NCBI GenBank assembly: GCA_044225365.1
Contig: JBGAIQ010000024.1
Location: forward strand, 23,023-87,022
Reading direction: 5' to 3'
DNA from: Planctomycetota bacterium
GTDB taxonomy: Bacteria; Planctomycetota; B15-G4; JADJEK01
DNA: 64,000 bases
Positions 30,137 to 38,941 of the stretch are shown in pieces. The position numbers and the translations under genes are program-made. The notes under the pieces are model-generated. The model ran no database searches, was not told where the DNA came from, and was given only the letters and a program-made list of their open reading frames with translations. The stretch's first letter is position 1. Each line of letters starts with the position of its first letter.

Positions 30137-31656
30137 ATCCCGACGGCGACAAGAAGCGCGCGAAGTCCTCGCCCGGCAAGAATGGAGGCGGATCGCGTCC
30201 ATTCAAGATGGGCGAACAGCGTCGCCCCGGCGCCAAGCCGCCCCCGAAGCCGAAGCAATACGATGCGCGGGCCTTTGCGCTCGAAGCCTTGCTGCTCTTC
30301 TCGGCCGGCAAGACCGTTCGCGTGCTCGATCGGTTCGACGAGCCGGATCGAGGAGCCGCGCTCGAGACCCGGGATCGCCGCTTCGCTCACGAGTTGATCT
30401 ACGGTGTCCTGCGACATCGACTGACGCTCGATTGCGTCATCACCGCGTACGCTCGTATCGGCCTTCTCGAACTCGATCCCAAGTGCCTCGAGGCGCTGCG
30501 GCTCGGCATCTATCAACTGCTCTATCTGGACGGCATCCCCGCGTTCGCCGCGATCAACGAGACGGTTCGACTCGTGGCGAAGGAACACGCCGGCGTGCGC
30601 AGCACCGTCAACGCGATCCTGCGTGCCGTCGATCGCGATTCGAATCGCATCGACCCAAGGCTCGATCGTGGCGGTAGCAGCCTGAAGAAGCGTCTTCCCA
30701 TCTCGGAGCGCCGCATCGTCTACTTTCGGCGCGACACGTTCTGCGATCCCGACGAGAATCTCGCGCTGCACCTCGCGCAGTTGTATTCGCATCCGCCCCT
30801 TCTCGTCGCGCGCTGGCTCGATCGATTCCCGCGTGAGGTCGTCGAAGCGATGCTCGCTGCGAACAACAAGAAGCCACGCGTCACGATTCGAGTGAATCGC
30901 ACGCGAACCGATCGAGCCGCGCTCATCGAGCGATTGCGAGCCGACCGAGTGCTCTGTGGCGAGGGGACGCGAGACGATTCGATCCTGATCGGAAGCCCGA
31001 TCGCGGACGCCCTACGCTCACCGGCCTTCGCCGAAGGGTGGTTCTACGTGCAAGACGAAACGGCCATGAGCGTCGCCCCGGTCGTCGAGCCGAAGCCTGG
31101 CGAGCGAATCCTCGATCTGTGTTCTGCGCCCGGCGGAAAAGCAACGCACTTGCACGAGCTCTCGAACGGTCGCGCCGTCGTCGTCGCCGTCGATTCGGAC
31201 GACGGCCGCGTCTCGAAGTTGAAGGAGAACGTCGCACGCCTTGCCATGGAGAGCATCGCCGTCGTCACGTTCGATCCGCTCACGCCCGGCGCGGAGACCT
31301 TGGGTTCGCGACCGTCCGAACTCTCGCTTCCTTTCGATGCCGCTTTGCTCGACGTACCGTGTTCGAACACCGGAGTCCTCGGGCGTCGACCGGAAGCACG
31401 TTGGCGTCTCACGGAGACGGCGATCTCGGAACTCGCGGAGCAGGGATGCAGGCTCTTCGCCTTCGCACGATCGCTCGTTCGTCCAGGCGGTCGAATCGTG
31501 TACTCGACGTGCAGCATCGAGGACGAGGAGAATTCGAAGAACGTCGAGAGGATGCTCGCAGCCCATCCCGGAACGCGGCTCGTTCGGGAGGAGCTGACGT
31601 TGCCCTCGGCCTCGGGTGTCGATGGCGGCTACTTCGCTCGCATCGAAGTCGACTGA
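30133..31656 (+). CDS. rsmB: 16S rRNA m5C967 methyltransferase RsmB (NusB + NOL1 domains)
   Basis: DRRFAHELIYGVLR, LRLGIYQL, VQDE, LDLCSAPGGK, LDVPCSNTG, VYSTCS. Confidence 0.9.
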   Translation: MNPDGDKKRAKSSPGKNGGGSRPFKMGEQRRPGAKPPPKPKQYDARAFALEALLLFSAGKTVRVLDRFDEPDRGAALETRDRRFAHELIYGVLRHRLTLDCVITAYARIGLLELDPKCLEALRLGIYQLLYLDGIPAFAAINETVRLVAKEHAGVRSTVNAILRAVDRDSNRIDPRLDRGGSSLKKRLPISERRIVYFRRDTFCDPDENLALHLAQLYSHPPLLVARWLDRFPREVVEAMLAANNKKPRVTIRVNRTRTDRAALIERLRADRVLCGEGTRDDSILIGSPIADALRSPAFAEGWFYVQDETAMSVAPVVEPKPGERILDLCSAPGGKATHLHELSNGRAVVVAVDSDDGRVSKLKENVARLAMESIAVVTFDPLTPGAETLGSRPSELSLPFDAALLDVPCSNTGVLGRRPEARWRLTETAISELAEQGCRLFAFARSLVRPGGRIVYSTCSIEDEENSKNVERMLAAHPGTRLVREELTLPSASGVDGGYFARIEVD

Positions 31657-31659
31657 ACG

Positions 31660-32484
31660 ATGCAGCTCTACTACAACACCAACGGCTTCCCGCATCACGA
31701 CCTCGACGATGTCGTGGCGATCCTGAAGGAACAGGGATACGACGGCATCGCGCTGACGCCCGATGTCCATCACTTGAATCCATGGACCGCGACGCTCGCC
31801 GACATCGAGGCATTCCGCCGTCTGTGCGAAGGGCATGGCCTCGGGATCACGATCGAATCCGGAGCGAGATTCGTGCTCGACCCGCGGCGCAAGCACGAGC
31901 CCAATCTCCTCTCGCTCGAGGGTCATGAGAAGCGAGCCGAGTATCTATGTCGGCTCGTCGACATGGCGGAAGCACTTCGCTCGCCCCGCGTCTCGATCTG
32001 GTCGGGCGCGGCGACGGACTCGGCACTCTCGTTCGACGATGCCATTCTCCTGCTCGCGCAACGCCTTCGCCCCGTGCTCGAGTACGCACGAGCCCGCGGC
32101 GTCCGCATCGTCTTCGAGCCCGAGCCCGGCATGCTCGTCGACACCATCGCCAAGTATCGGATCCTGCAGCACGCAGTTGCGCCGCTCGAGCTTCCGCTCA
32201 CGATCGATCTCGGTCATCTCGCCGTCACGGAAACCACGCCCTACGAGGCGCATCTCAACGCGAACGCGGACTCGCTCGAACTCGTTCACGCCGACGACGC
32301 CAAGGTCGGCAAACATGAACATCTTGTTTTCGGGCAAGGCGATCTCGACTTCCCGCGTCTGCGCGCAGCGCTCGCGAAGATCGGTTTCACCGGGCCGATC
32401 GCGGTCGAGCTCTCGCGTCACGGGCACGATGCCGTCGCCGTCGCGAAGTCGGCCCTGCGATTCCTGCGCGATGCGGGTTTCTGA
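31660..32484 (+). CDS. Sugar phosphate isomerase/epimerase (xylose-isomerase-like TIM barrel)
   Basis: YNTNGF, IESGARFVLDP..KHEP, FEPEPGM, LTIDLGH, HEHLVFGQG, VELSRH. Confidence 0.85.
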   Translation: MQLYYNTNGFPHHDLDDVVAILKEQGYDGIALTPDVHHLNPWTATLADIEAFRRLCEGHGLGITIESGARFVLDPRRKHEPNLLSLEGHEKRAEYLCRLVDMAEALRSPRVSIWSGAATDSALSFDDAILLLAQRLRPVLEYARARGVRIVFEPEPGMLVDTIAKYRILQHAVAPLELPLTIDLGHLAVTETTPYEAHLNANADSLELVHADDAKVGKHEHLVFGQGDLDFPRLRAALAKIGFTGPIAVELSRHGHDAVAVAKSALRFLRDAGF

Positions 32485-32643
32485 TTCGGTCGGAACGTCT
32501 CCGGTTGAAACGTCGTAAACGTGGACCCGGTTTCGTCCCAGCCAAGTCCTCACAATCGATGTGGTTTCGCGTAGGAACCGGTAAACTCATCCCTCGTGTT
32601 CTGGGATGGATCACGGCGGTTTTCACTTTCGGAGGGAGAACGA

Positions 32644-32868
32644 GTGGTCTCGGACAATCGACCGCAGGCACAGTTTCGATTGTGTCCCGATCTCGGCATG
32701 TCGGATCGCGACGGCGCTCCATTGATGCAGCACCACATCACGATGGATACGTGTGAACGGCGGCAAGACCGCGGTTACCACAAGTGCTGCCGCTGCGTTC
32801 ACCAGGAGCTGACTCGCAACGTCAACGTCATCGATCGCAATGACGTCGCGAGGCTCCTGAGGAGCTGA
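32644..32868 (+). CDS. Small Cys-rich protein (74 aa), possible Zn binder
   Basis: SD GGAGGGAG at 32631 then GTG; LCP...TCERRQ..YHKCCRC; fills an otherwise empty gap. Confidence 0.6.
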   Translation: MVSDNRPQAQFRLCPDLGMSDRDGAPLMQHHITMDTCERRQDRGYHKCCRCVHQELTRNVNVIDRNDVARLLRS

Positions 32869-32880
32869 GCGCTCGGCGCC

Positions 32881-34134
32881 TCAGCCTCGAACGATCGACT
32901 CGAGTTCGGGGTCGGTCAACAGTCGCGGCGAGTTCTTCGCCGCATCCAGGAGTTTGTCGACGAGCTTCTCCGACGGGGAGTAGCCCCGCCGCTCGAGCCA
33001 ATACGTCACGTTCGACTTTCCGCTCATCGGCCCGATGCGGATGATCTGCTCGAGCCCGAATTCGTGAGCGGGCACGCCGCTGTAGACGAGGTTCGCGAGC
33101 TTCACATCGCCTTTCCGGAGCGCTTTCACGACGGCCGCGGCGTGCACTCCAGTGGCGGTCTCGAACGCATCGCGACCGAATACCGGATAGTTGTGGGGGA
33201 TCTCGACCTTCAGCGCCCTTGCGGCCGCTTCGCAGTACTTGCCGAGCGCGGAGAGGTCGTTGTCGATCCAGCCCAGTAGCTTCAGATTCGCGAGGATCAG
33301 GTCCATCGGCGCGTTGCCGGAACGTTCGCCGACTCCGAGCGCGGATCCATGGACGCGATCGGCTCCCGCTTCGATCGCGGCTACGACGTTGGCCACTCCG
33401 AGGCCACGATCCTGATGACCGTGCCAGTCGATCTTCACGTCTCGACCACGGGCCCGCCGACGCACGATGTCCTTGCCGAAGCGAATGAGCGCGCGAGTTC
33501 CATCGGGCGTCGAGTGACCGCAGGTGTCGCAGAAGCAGAGTCGCTTCGCTCCGAGATCGATCGCCATGCCGTACAGCTTCTCGAGCACGTCCGGAAAGGC
33601 GCGCGTCGTATCCTCGGTCACGTACATCACGGGCAGATCGTTCTTCTGGCAGAACGTGAGGCAGTCCTCCGTCGCCTTCAGCATCCGATCGACGCTCCAG
33701 TCCTCGGTGAACGCGCGAACGCGGCTCGATCCGATGAACGTGCAGACCTCGATCGGGATGCCGACGCGCTGGGTCAAAGCGACGACCGGCTCGACGTCGG
33801 CGACGACCGTGCGGCAGGCGACGTTGACACCGATGCGCAGCTTCGCCGATGCGACTTCCCGCGCGAGCGCCTCGATGTGCTTCAAGTGGAACGGGCCGGC
33901 GCCAGGCAAACCGATGTTCGCCGTGTCGATACCGAGCTCGTCCATGAGATGCAGGAGAGCGATCTTCTCGTCGATCGATGGATTCGTCACCGACGGGCTC
34001 TGCAGCCCATCACGAAGAGTTTCGTCGTCGAACTCGATCTTGCGAGGGGGCTTCCCGGCGTAGGTGTCGGCGTGGTTCCAGTCGTAGATCAGGTCGTCGA
34101 CCGTCCAACTCTCCGGTGTCTTGTTGTCGCTCAT
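32881..34134 (-). CDS. LeuA-family (DRE-TIM) Claisen-condensation enzyme without regulatory domain
   Basis: DETLRDGLQ, EDTTRA, CDTCG, HGHQDRGL, GVGERSGN, TATGVHA, GPMSGKSN. Confidence 0.85.
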   Translation of the reverse strand: MSDNKTPESWTVDDLIYDWNHADTYAGKPPRKIEFDDETLRDGLQSPSVTNPSIDEKIALLHLMDELGIDTANIGLPGAGPFHLKHIEALAREVASAKLRIGVNVACRTVVADVEPVVALTQRVGIPIEVCTFIGSSRVRAFTEDWSVDRMLKATEDCLTFCQKNDLPVMYVTEDTTRAFPDVLEKLYGMAIDLGAKRLCFCDTCGHSTPDGTRALIRFGKDIVRRRARGRDVKIDWHGHQDRGLGVANVVAAIEAGADRVHGSALGVGERSGNAPMDLILANLKLLGWIDNDLSALGKYCEAAARALKVEIPHNYPVFGRDAFETATGVHAAAVVKALRKGDVKLANLVYSGVPAHEFGLEQIIRIGPMSGKSNVTYWLERRGYSPSEKLVDKLLDAAKNSPRLLTDPELESIVRG

Positions 34135-34248
34135 CGCTGTGCCTTTGGGTCGATCGCAAGCCGTTCTTCGGCGTGCTGTCGACGATCCGCATCAGGATAA
34201 CAGAACCGCTCCGTGGGTTCTGCATCGCGGATGACCGATGATCGTGGA

Positions 34249-35397
34249 TCAGCCCGACGAATCGAGGTCTTCGAAGAAGGTCTCCGAGGAGTCCAGGTTG
34301 CGAAGGTAGTCGTGGAAGTCGAGGCGCGAGTCGGCGTCGATCACGTGACGCTCATCGCTGCCCAGCATCCGATCGACGACCCAGTTCGGCAGATAGGCCT
34401 CGGCGGTGAGTTCCTTGTCGTTCACCATCTCCTCGAGCGCGATGAGGTTGTGCTTGATGAGCGGACTGCGCTTTCCAAGGAAACGACGCTTGCGGACGAC
34501 ATCCTCCTCGCTCGTGGAGACGAGCTTCAGGAGGTCGACGGCATCCAGGAACGCGCTGCCTTCGGTCAGCTCCTGGAACAGCAACGTGACGAGCACGATC
34601 TGCTCTTCCTCGCCCAGCCCGTATTCGGTGCGCATCGTCGCGAGCGGGAACTCCGCCGAGTTGGGCGTCGCGTCGAGCGACTCCTGGATCCTGCGCCGGA
34701 ACGCATCGATCTGCTGATCGAGCGCGGAGACCGACTCGGGGGTTCCGAGACCAATGTCGTCCCAGTAGTCGAATTGGAAGACCTTCGAGGCGCGCTTGCG
34801 GTAGAGGAGCGAGAGCCGCCGAATGTCCATCAAGTACGCGAGGTTCGAGCGGTACTGCGTGGGCTTGCCCCGCGATGGCGGGAGCGCGAGCGGCTTGTGA
34901 TCGAGGAACGAGTTCCGCACCAGCTTGAACACGCGATCGGAGATCTTGTACGGCGTTTCGAGGACGTCGTCGTCCTCCTGCTTCGCTCGGAGATCGGGCG
35001 TCGCAAGTCCAGCGGAGAGCAACGCGCTCGTGGGTTCGAGGAACGAGCAGCCGCGAAGGGTGTCGAACGACGAGTCGAACAGGAGCTGCAGCAGATCGCG
35101 TCCGCGGAGATAGGGATTCTCGTTCGTCAGCCGCTGGCGCAGGAGCGCGAGCAGGATCACGAACTGATACTTGTTCAGCCTGTAGCGGCGGTAGACGGAT
35201 CCGAGCGGGGACTGGTCGGGCAGTTCGCGCAGGTCCGAGCCGATGCGTTCGATTTGCTCGCGACTCTGCTTCTGGAGTCGCCGAGTCTCGGCGAGCGGCA
35301 ACGACTCGTCCTTTCCCAGGCGACTGCGCAACTGGCCGAGCTGATCGTAATGATCCAGCAGTCGCTTCACCACGGCACGTTCGGAAGGCTGCGACAT
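34249..35397 (-). CDS. Hypothetical protein with two tandem winged-helix-like repeats
   Basis: Repeat 1 RYRLNKYQFVILLALL..LLQLL..FLEPTSALLSAGL; repeat 2 EYGLGEEEQIVLVTLL..LLKLV..FLGKRSPLIKHNLI; SD AGGAG before ATG 35397. Confidence 0.75.
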   Translation of the reverse strand: MSQPSERAVVKRLLDHYDQLGQLRSRLGKDESLPLAETRRLQKQSREQIERIGSDLRELPDQSPLGSVYRRYRLNKYQFVILLALLRQRLTNENPYLRGRDLLQLLFDSSFDTLRGCSFLEPTSALLSAGLATPDLRAKQEDDDVLETPYKISDRVFKLVRNSFLDHKPLALPPSRGKPTQYRSNLAYLMDIRRLSLLYRKRASKVFQFDYWDDIGLGTPESVSALDQQIDAFRRRIQESLDATPNSAEFPLATMRTEYGLGEEEQIVLVTLLFQELTEGSAFLDAVDLLKLVSTSEEDVVRKRRFLGKRSPLIKHNLIALEEMVNDKELTAEAYLPNWVVDRMLGSDERHVIDADSRLDFHDYLRNLDSSETFFEDLDSSG

Positions 35398-35483
35398 GAT
35401 CCGGCTCCTGACCGACGACGCGAGCACGACCGCTTCGCGTCCGTTGGGGTGACCCCCAAGACCGACGCCAAAGCGGGGGTCGA

Positions 35484-35489
35484 ATTATA
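35484..35489 (-). promoter_or_regulatory. Candidate -10 element inside a GTCGA-N8-TCGAC palindrome
   Basis: TATAAT on minus strand in a divergent intergenic region; no clear -35. Confidence 0.4.
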
Positions 35490-35594
35490 GATCGACGAGT
35501 GCGCGCTCCACGTCGCGCAACCGCTCCCCAGCGCTCCTCCTCGGCCGGGCCATTTCCTTAACGCGACCTGGGCGCGTGCGTTATGTTGGCGGAA

Positions 35595-36557
35595 ATGACT
35601 TTCGCGCATTCTTGCGACGGTGATCCCGCACCCTCCGCGGCCCTCGACCTCGGCAGCAACATGTTCCGTCTGGTCGTTGGAAATCGTGACAAGTCAGGAT
35701 CTATCAAGATCTTGGGGAAGTGGGCGGAGGTCGTGGCGCTGGCAGAGGGGATGCTCGAAAAGGGGATGATCGGCGAGCAGCCCAGAGCCAGGGCTGAAGC
35801 CACGTTGCGCCGATTTCGGACCGAGATCGCACGCCGTGCGGTCGTTTCGGTTCACGCTGTCGGCACAGGTGCGTTTCGCGGCGCGTCGAACCGGCAATTC
35901 GTGCAGGATTCACTCGCGTCGATCCTGGGAGCCCCGATCGAGATCATCGACGGCAGCCGTGAAGCCGCTCTCGCGGCGCTCGGTGTCGCTTCTGGCCACG
36001 AACCGGGTCGAGACTTCACAATGCTCGACATCGGCGGCGTCAGCACCGAGGTATGCGCCACGGTGAACGGTCGTCGTGAATCGCAGTCGATCGAGATTGG
36101 AGTCATCACCCTCTCGGAACTCGCGGAAAGGGAGCGTGTGACCCCGGAGACTCGGCTCGACTACATGGTGGCGCGCGCCGCAGAGGTGTTGGAGCCGTTG
36201 CGCGCGCTCGCTCCGCCGATCGAAGAAGTCTGCTTCGCGGTGGGTGGAGCGGCCGTCGCGCTCGTCGCCCATCGCGACGGATCGTCCTACTGCTCGTTCA
36301 CGGGGGATGGCCGCTCGTTGCTGAACCGAAGTGAGCTCGATCGGTTGTTCCTCGATTACTCCCATGCACCGCCCGCGGAACGCGCCGCTCGCATCGGAGT
36401 ATCGAAGGAGCACGGTAATCTGATTCCTGCAGGCTACGCGATCCTGAGTACGGCGATGACGATCCTCGGAGTGGACGCGGTGGTTCCCTCGGGTCGGGGC
36501 GTCGCTGAAGGTCTGCTCTTCGAGACGATGAAAGCCAACGAACCGCCGGGCAGATGA
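35595..36557 (+). CDS. Ppx/GppA family exopolyphosphatase (short form)
   Basis: ALDLGSNMFRL, GTGAFR, IIDGSREA, LDIGGVSTE, GVAEG; alternative start 35583. Confidence 0.88.
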   Translation: MTFAHSCDGDPAPSAALDLGSNMFRLVVGNRDKSGSIKILGKWAEVVALAEGMLEKGMIGEQPRARAEATLRRFRTEIARRAVVSVHAVGTGAFRGASNRQFVQDSLASILGAPIEIIDGSREAALAALGVASGHEPGRDFTMLDIGGVSTEVCATVNGRRESQSIEIGVITLSELAERERVTPETRLDYMVARAAEVLEPLRALAPPIEEVCFAVGGAAVALVAHRDGSSYCSFTGDGRSLLNRSELDRLFLDYSHAPPAERAARIGVSKEHGNLIPAGYAILSTAMTILGVDAVVPSGRGVAEGLLFETMKANEPPGR

Positions 36558-37738
36558 AGGAACGACGACGCTCCACTCACCCGCTGCGGTTTCGGATCCT
36601 CATGATCCTGGCCCTCTCGTCGTTCGTCGCGTGGGCGCTCGTCGACGGTTATCAGGTGCGCGGCAACTCGATGCAGCCGCTCCTCGTCGATCGCAAGGAA
36701 TCCCCAGATCGGGTCTTCGCAATCGCTCACGGATTCGCGTTCGGAGGGCCGCAGCGATTCGACCTCGTCGTGTTCGACCGCCCGCCTTCGGACTTGCCCA
36801 AAGAGGACGTCGTCGACGTCGCGTTGGGCGATCGCTGCGTGAAACGCGTGATCGCTTTCGCGGGTGAGCGGCCCTACATCGAGGGTGGTGATCTCTTCCT
36901 CGAGCACGACGCGAAGGGCGCAGTCACGCGCGAGCGACTCCGTCGACCCATCGCGGTCATCGATCAGATGATCGTCTCGGTCGCGACGTTCGAGTGGGTT
37001 CCTCAGCAATCGAAGTGGACGGTCCCATCGAACGCGATCGTCGAGCATTCGTCGCTCGTCCTCACGCCCCTTTCGCAGGGCGGTGGCGCGACCGTTCAAT
37101 ACGAGGATCCGATCCGCAACGATTTCATCGATCGCAATGGTGATCTCATTGCGGGCAGCGAAACCGTGAACGACGTCGGCATCGAATTCGACTTCGAGCC
37201 GATCGCCGAGGACGATTGCGTCGCGATCGAGCTTCGCGAACAGGCGGACGTCTTCACGGTCACGCTCGCCACCCGTTCCGCGCTGAAGATCGAACGCCGC
37301 CGCGGCCCGGGGGCCCCCGAAGCGTGCCCGACCGACTCCACCGCACTCCTTCCGCAACGATCCTGCCACGTGCGAGCGTTGAATTGCGACGACGAGATCC
37401 TGGTCTTCCTCGATGGATCGCTCGTGGGACGCTGGTCCTATCAGGGCAACGAGCCCGCGGTCGGGATCCTGCCGAACGCACCGGCGCTCTCCCTGCTGCG
37501 GGGGAAAGCACGATTTTCGAGGATCACAGTGATTCGCGACGCCTACTACACGCGGTCACGGGTCGCCGGAAGCGGGATCTCGGACTTCCCGCGCGTGCCC
37601 GATGGGGGCCTCTTCGTGCTCGGGGACAATAGCGTCAACAGCGTGGACAGTCGGGACTTCGGACCGATCGAGATGTCGACACTCAGCGGTCGGCCGATCG
37701 CCCGATATCGGGTGGGCGAAGGCCTGAAGGGCCTCTGA
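36554..37738 (+). CDS. lepB: Signal peptidase I with large beta-rich insertion
   Basis: GNSMQP (Ser), RFDLVVF, VKRVIA (Lys), LFVLGDNSVNSVDSRDFG. Confidence 0.85.
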   Translation: MKERRRSTHPLRFRILMILALSSFVAWALVDGYQVRGNSMQPLLVDRKESPDRVFAIAHGFAFGGPQRFDLVVFDRPPSDLPKEDVVDVALGDRCVKRVIAFAGERPYIEGGDLFLEHDAKGAVTRERLRRPIAVIDQMIVSVATFEWVPQQSKWTVPSNAIVEHSSLVLTPLSQGGGATVQYEDPIRNDFIDRNGDLIAGSETVNDVGIEFDFEPIAEDDCVAIELREQADVFTVTLATRSALKIERRRGPGAPEACPTDSTALLPQRSCHVRALNCDDEILVFLDGSLVGRWSYQGNEPAVGILPNAPALSLLRGKARFSRITVIRDAYYTRSRVAGSGISDFPRVPDGGLFVLGDNSVNSVDSRDFGPIEMSTLSGRPIARYRVGEGLKGL

Positions 37739-37779
37739 CGTGGGAAGGGCGAATCCAAATCGGGGCGACGAGGGATCGC

Positions 37780-37804
37780 GCAACCCTTCACCGCGTCCGC
37801 GGTT
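37780..37804 (+). promoter_or_regulatory. Candidate ECF-type (autoregulatory) promoter
   Basis: GCAAC-N17-GTT ending 10 nt before GTG 37815. Confidence 0.4.
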
Positions 37805-37814
37805 CAACGAGCGA

Positions 37815-38435
37815 GTGAGAGAAGCGCCTGCCGTATCACCGCGGGTCGAAGACGGAGCGGAGCTGATGCTTCGCGTCCGTTCGGGCGATCGAACTGCATT
37901 TGCGCAGCTCGTCGAACGCTACCAGCGCGTGGTGCTGAATTCGGTCTACCGCTACGTGGGGAACCGCGCGACGGCAGAAGATCTCACGCAAGACGTGTTC
38001 GTGCGGATGTTCCGCGCAGCATCGACGTATGAACGGCGAGCGAAGTTCGAGACATGGCTGCATCGAATCGTGTTCAACCTTTGCGCGAACGCCGCCGACT
38101 ACGGTCGCCGCCGTCGCGCGCTGTCCCTCGATCTCGAGAGTCCGGATTCGGGTCGAGCGATCGAGGTCGAATCGGACGACACGCGCACGCCCCTCGATCG
38201 AGTCGAGAGCGACGAGGTGTCGAAAGTCGTCCGCGCCGCGATCGAGAAGCTACCCGCGCAGCAAAAGGCCGCATTGATCCTCAGTCGCTACCGCAGTCTG
38301 GCCCACCAAGAGATCGCCGATGCCCTCGACGTATCGGTCGAAGCCGTGAAGTCCTTGCTGTTTCGTGCGAGGGAGAACCTGCGCGAGGCGCTCGCCCCGT
38401 ACCTGAAAGACGAGGTGCGTGATGATGAATTGTGA
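37815..38435 (+). CDS. ECF RNA polymerase sigma factor
   Basis: GDRTAFAQLVERYQ, AEDLTQDVF, FETWLHRI..N, LPAQQK, EIADAL..AVKSLLFRAR; start 37815 or 37740. Confidence 0.93.
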   Translation: MREAPAVSPRVEDGAELMLRVRSGDRTAFAQLVERYQRVVLNSVYRYVGNRATAEDLTQDVFVRMFRAASTYERRAKFETWLHRIVFNLCANAADYGRRRRALSLDLESPDSGRAIEVESDDTRTPLDRVESDEVSKVVRAAIEKLPAQQKAALILSRYRSLAHQEIADALDVSVEAVKSLLFRARENLREALAPYLKDEVRDDEL

Positions 38436-38937
38436 TGACCTGAAGAACTGCGTCGAAGGCCTGTTCGTGCTGAAGAGCGCATCCGAGTTGCCCGCCGCGC
38501 AGCAGGCGCATCTCGAACGGTGCACGCGCTGCTCACAATTCGTGGAAGAGCGAATCGCGCTCGACGCCTTGCTCGACCGAGTGGGGGACATCGAACCGCA
38601 ACCGGGCCTCGTTCGCGACGTGCTGGCGCGAATCGAAGAGCCCGTCGTCCTTCCGCGAGATGCGAGGCCTCGCGTGTCGATGTCACTACGGCGGGTCGCG
38701 GCGCTCCTCATCGCAGCCGCGGCGATCGTCGTCGGCGTTCGGTTCTATTGCGGCGATCGTCCCGGGACGAATGGCCGGACGAGCGAGACAGGAGCCGAGG
38801 AGCCACCCGATGCGGCGATGCTCGCGAACCTCGATCTCCTTCTCAATTGGGACGTCCTCGACGAGCACGCCGAGGACCTCGATCTCATCACTGCCGAAGA
38901 TCTCGCATCCGCTGCGAGCGATCCGCAGGAAGGCTGA
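38422..38937 (+). CDS. Zinc-binding (HxxxCxxC) transmembrane anti-sigma factor
   Basis: MNC..HLERCTRC, TM AALLIAAAAIVVGV, C-terminal LANLDLL; overlaps the sigma stop. Confidence 0.82.
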   Translation: MMNCDDLKNCVEGLFVLKSASELPAAQQAHLERCTRCSQFVEERIALDALLDRVGDIEPQPGLVRDVLARIEEPVVLPRDARPRVSMSLRRVAALLIAAAAIVVGVRFYCGDRPGTNGRTSETGAEEPPDAAMLANLDLLLNWDVLDEHAEDLDLITAEDLASAASDPQEG

Positions 38938-38941
38938 TGCG

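Noticed and set aside
34213-35490. 425-aa plus-strand ORF
   Set aside because: Antisense to an ORF with an SD, an internal repeat and better protein-like composition
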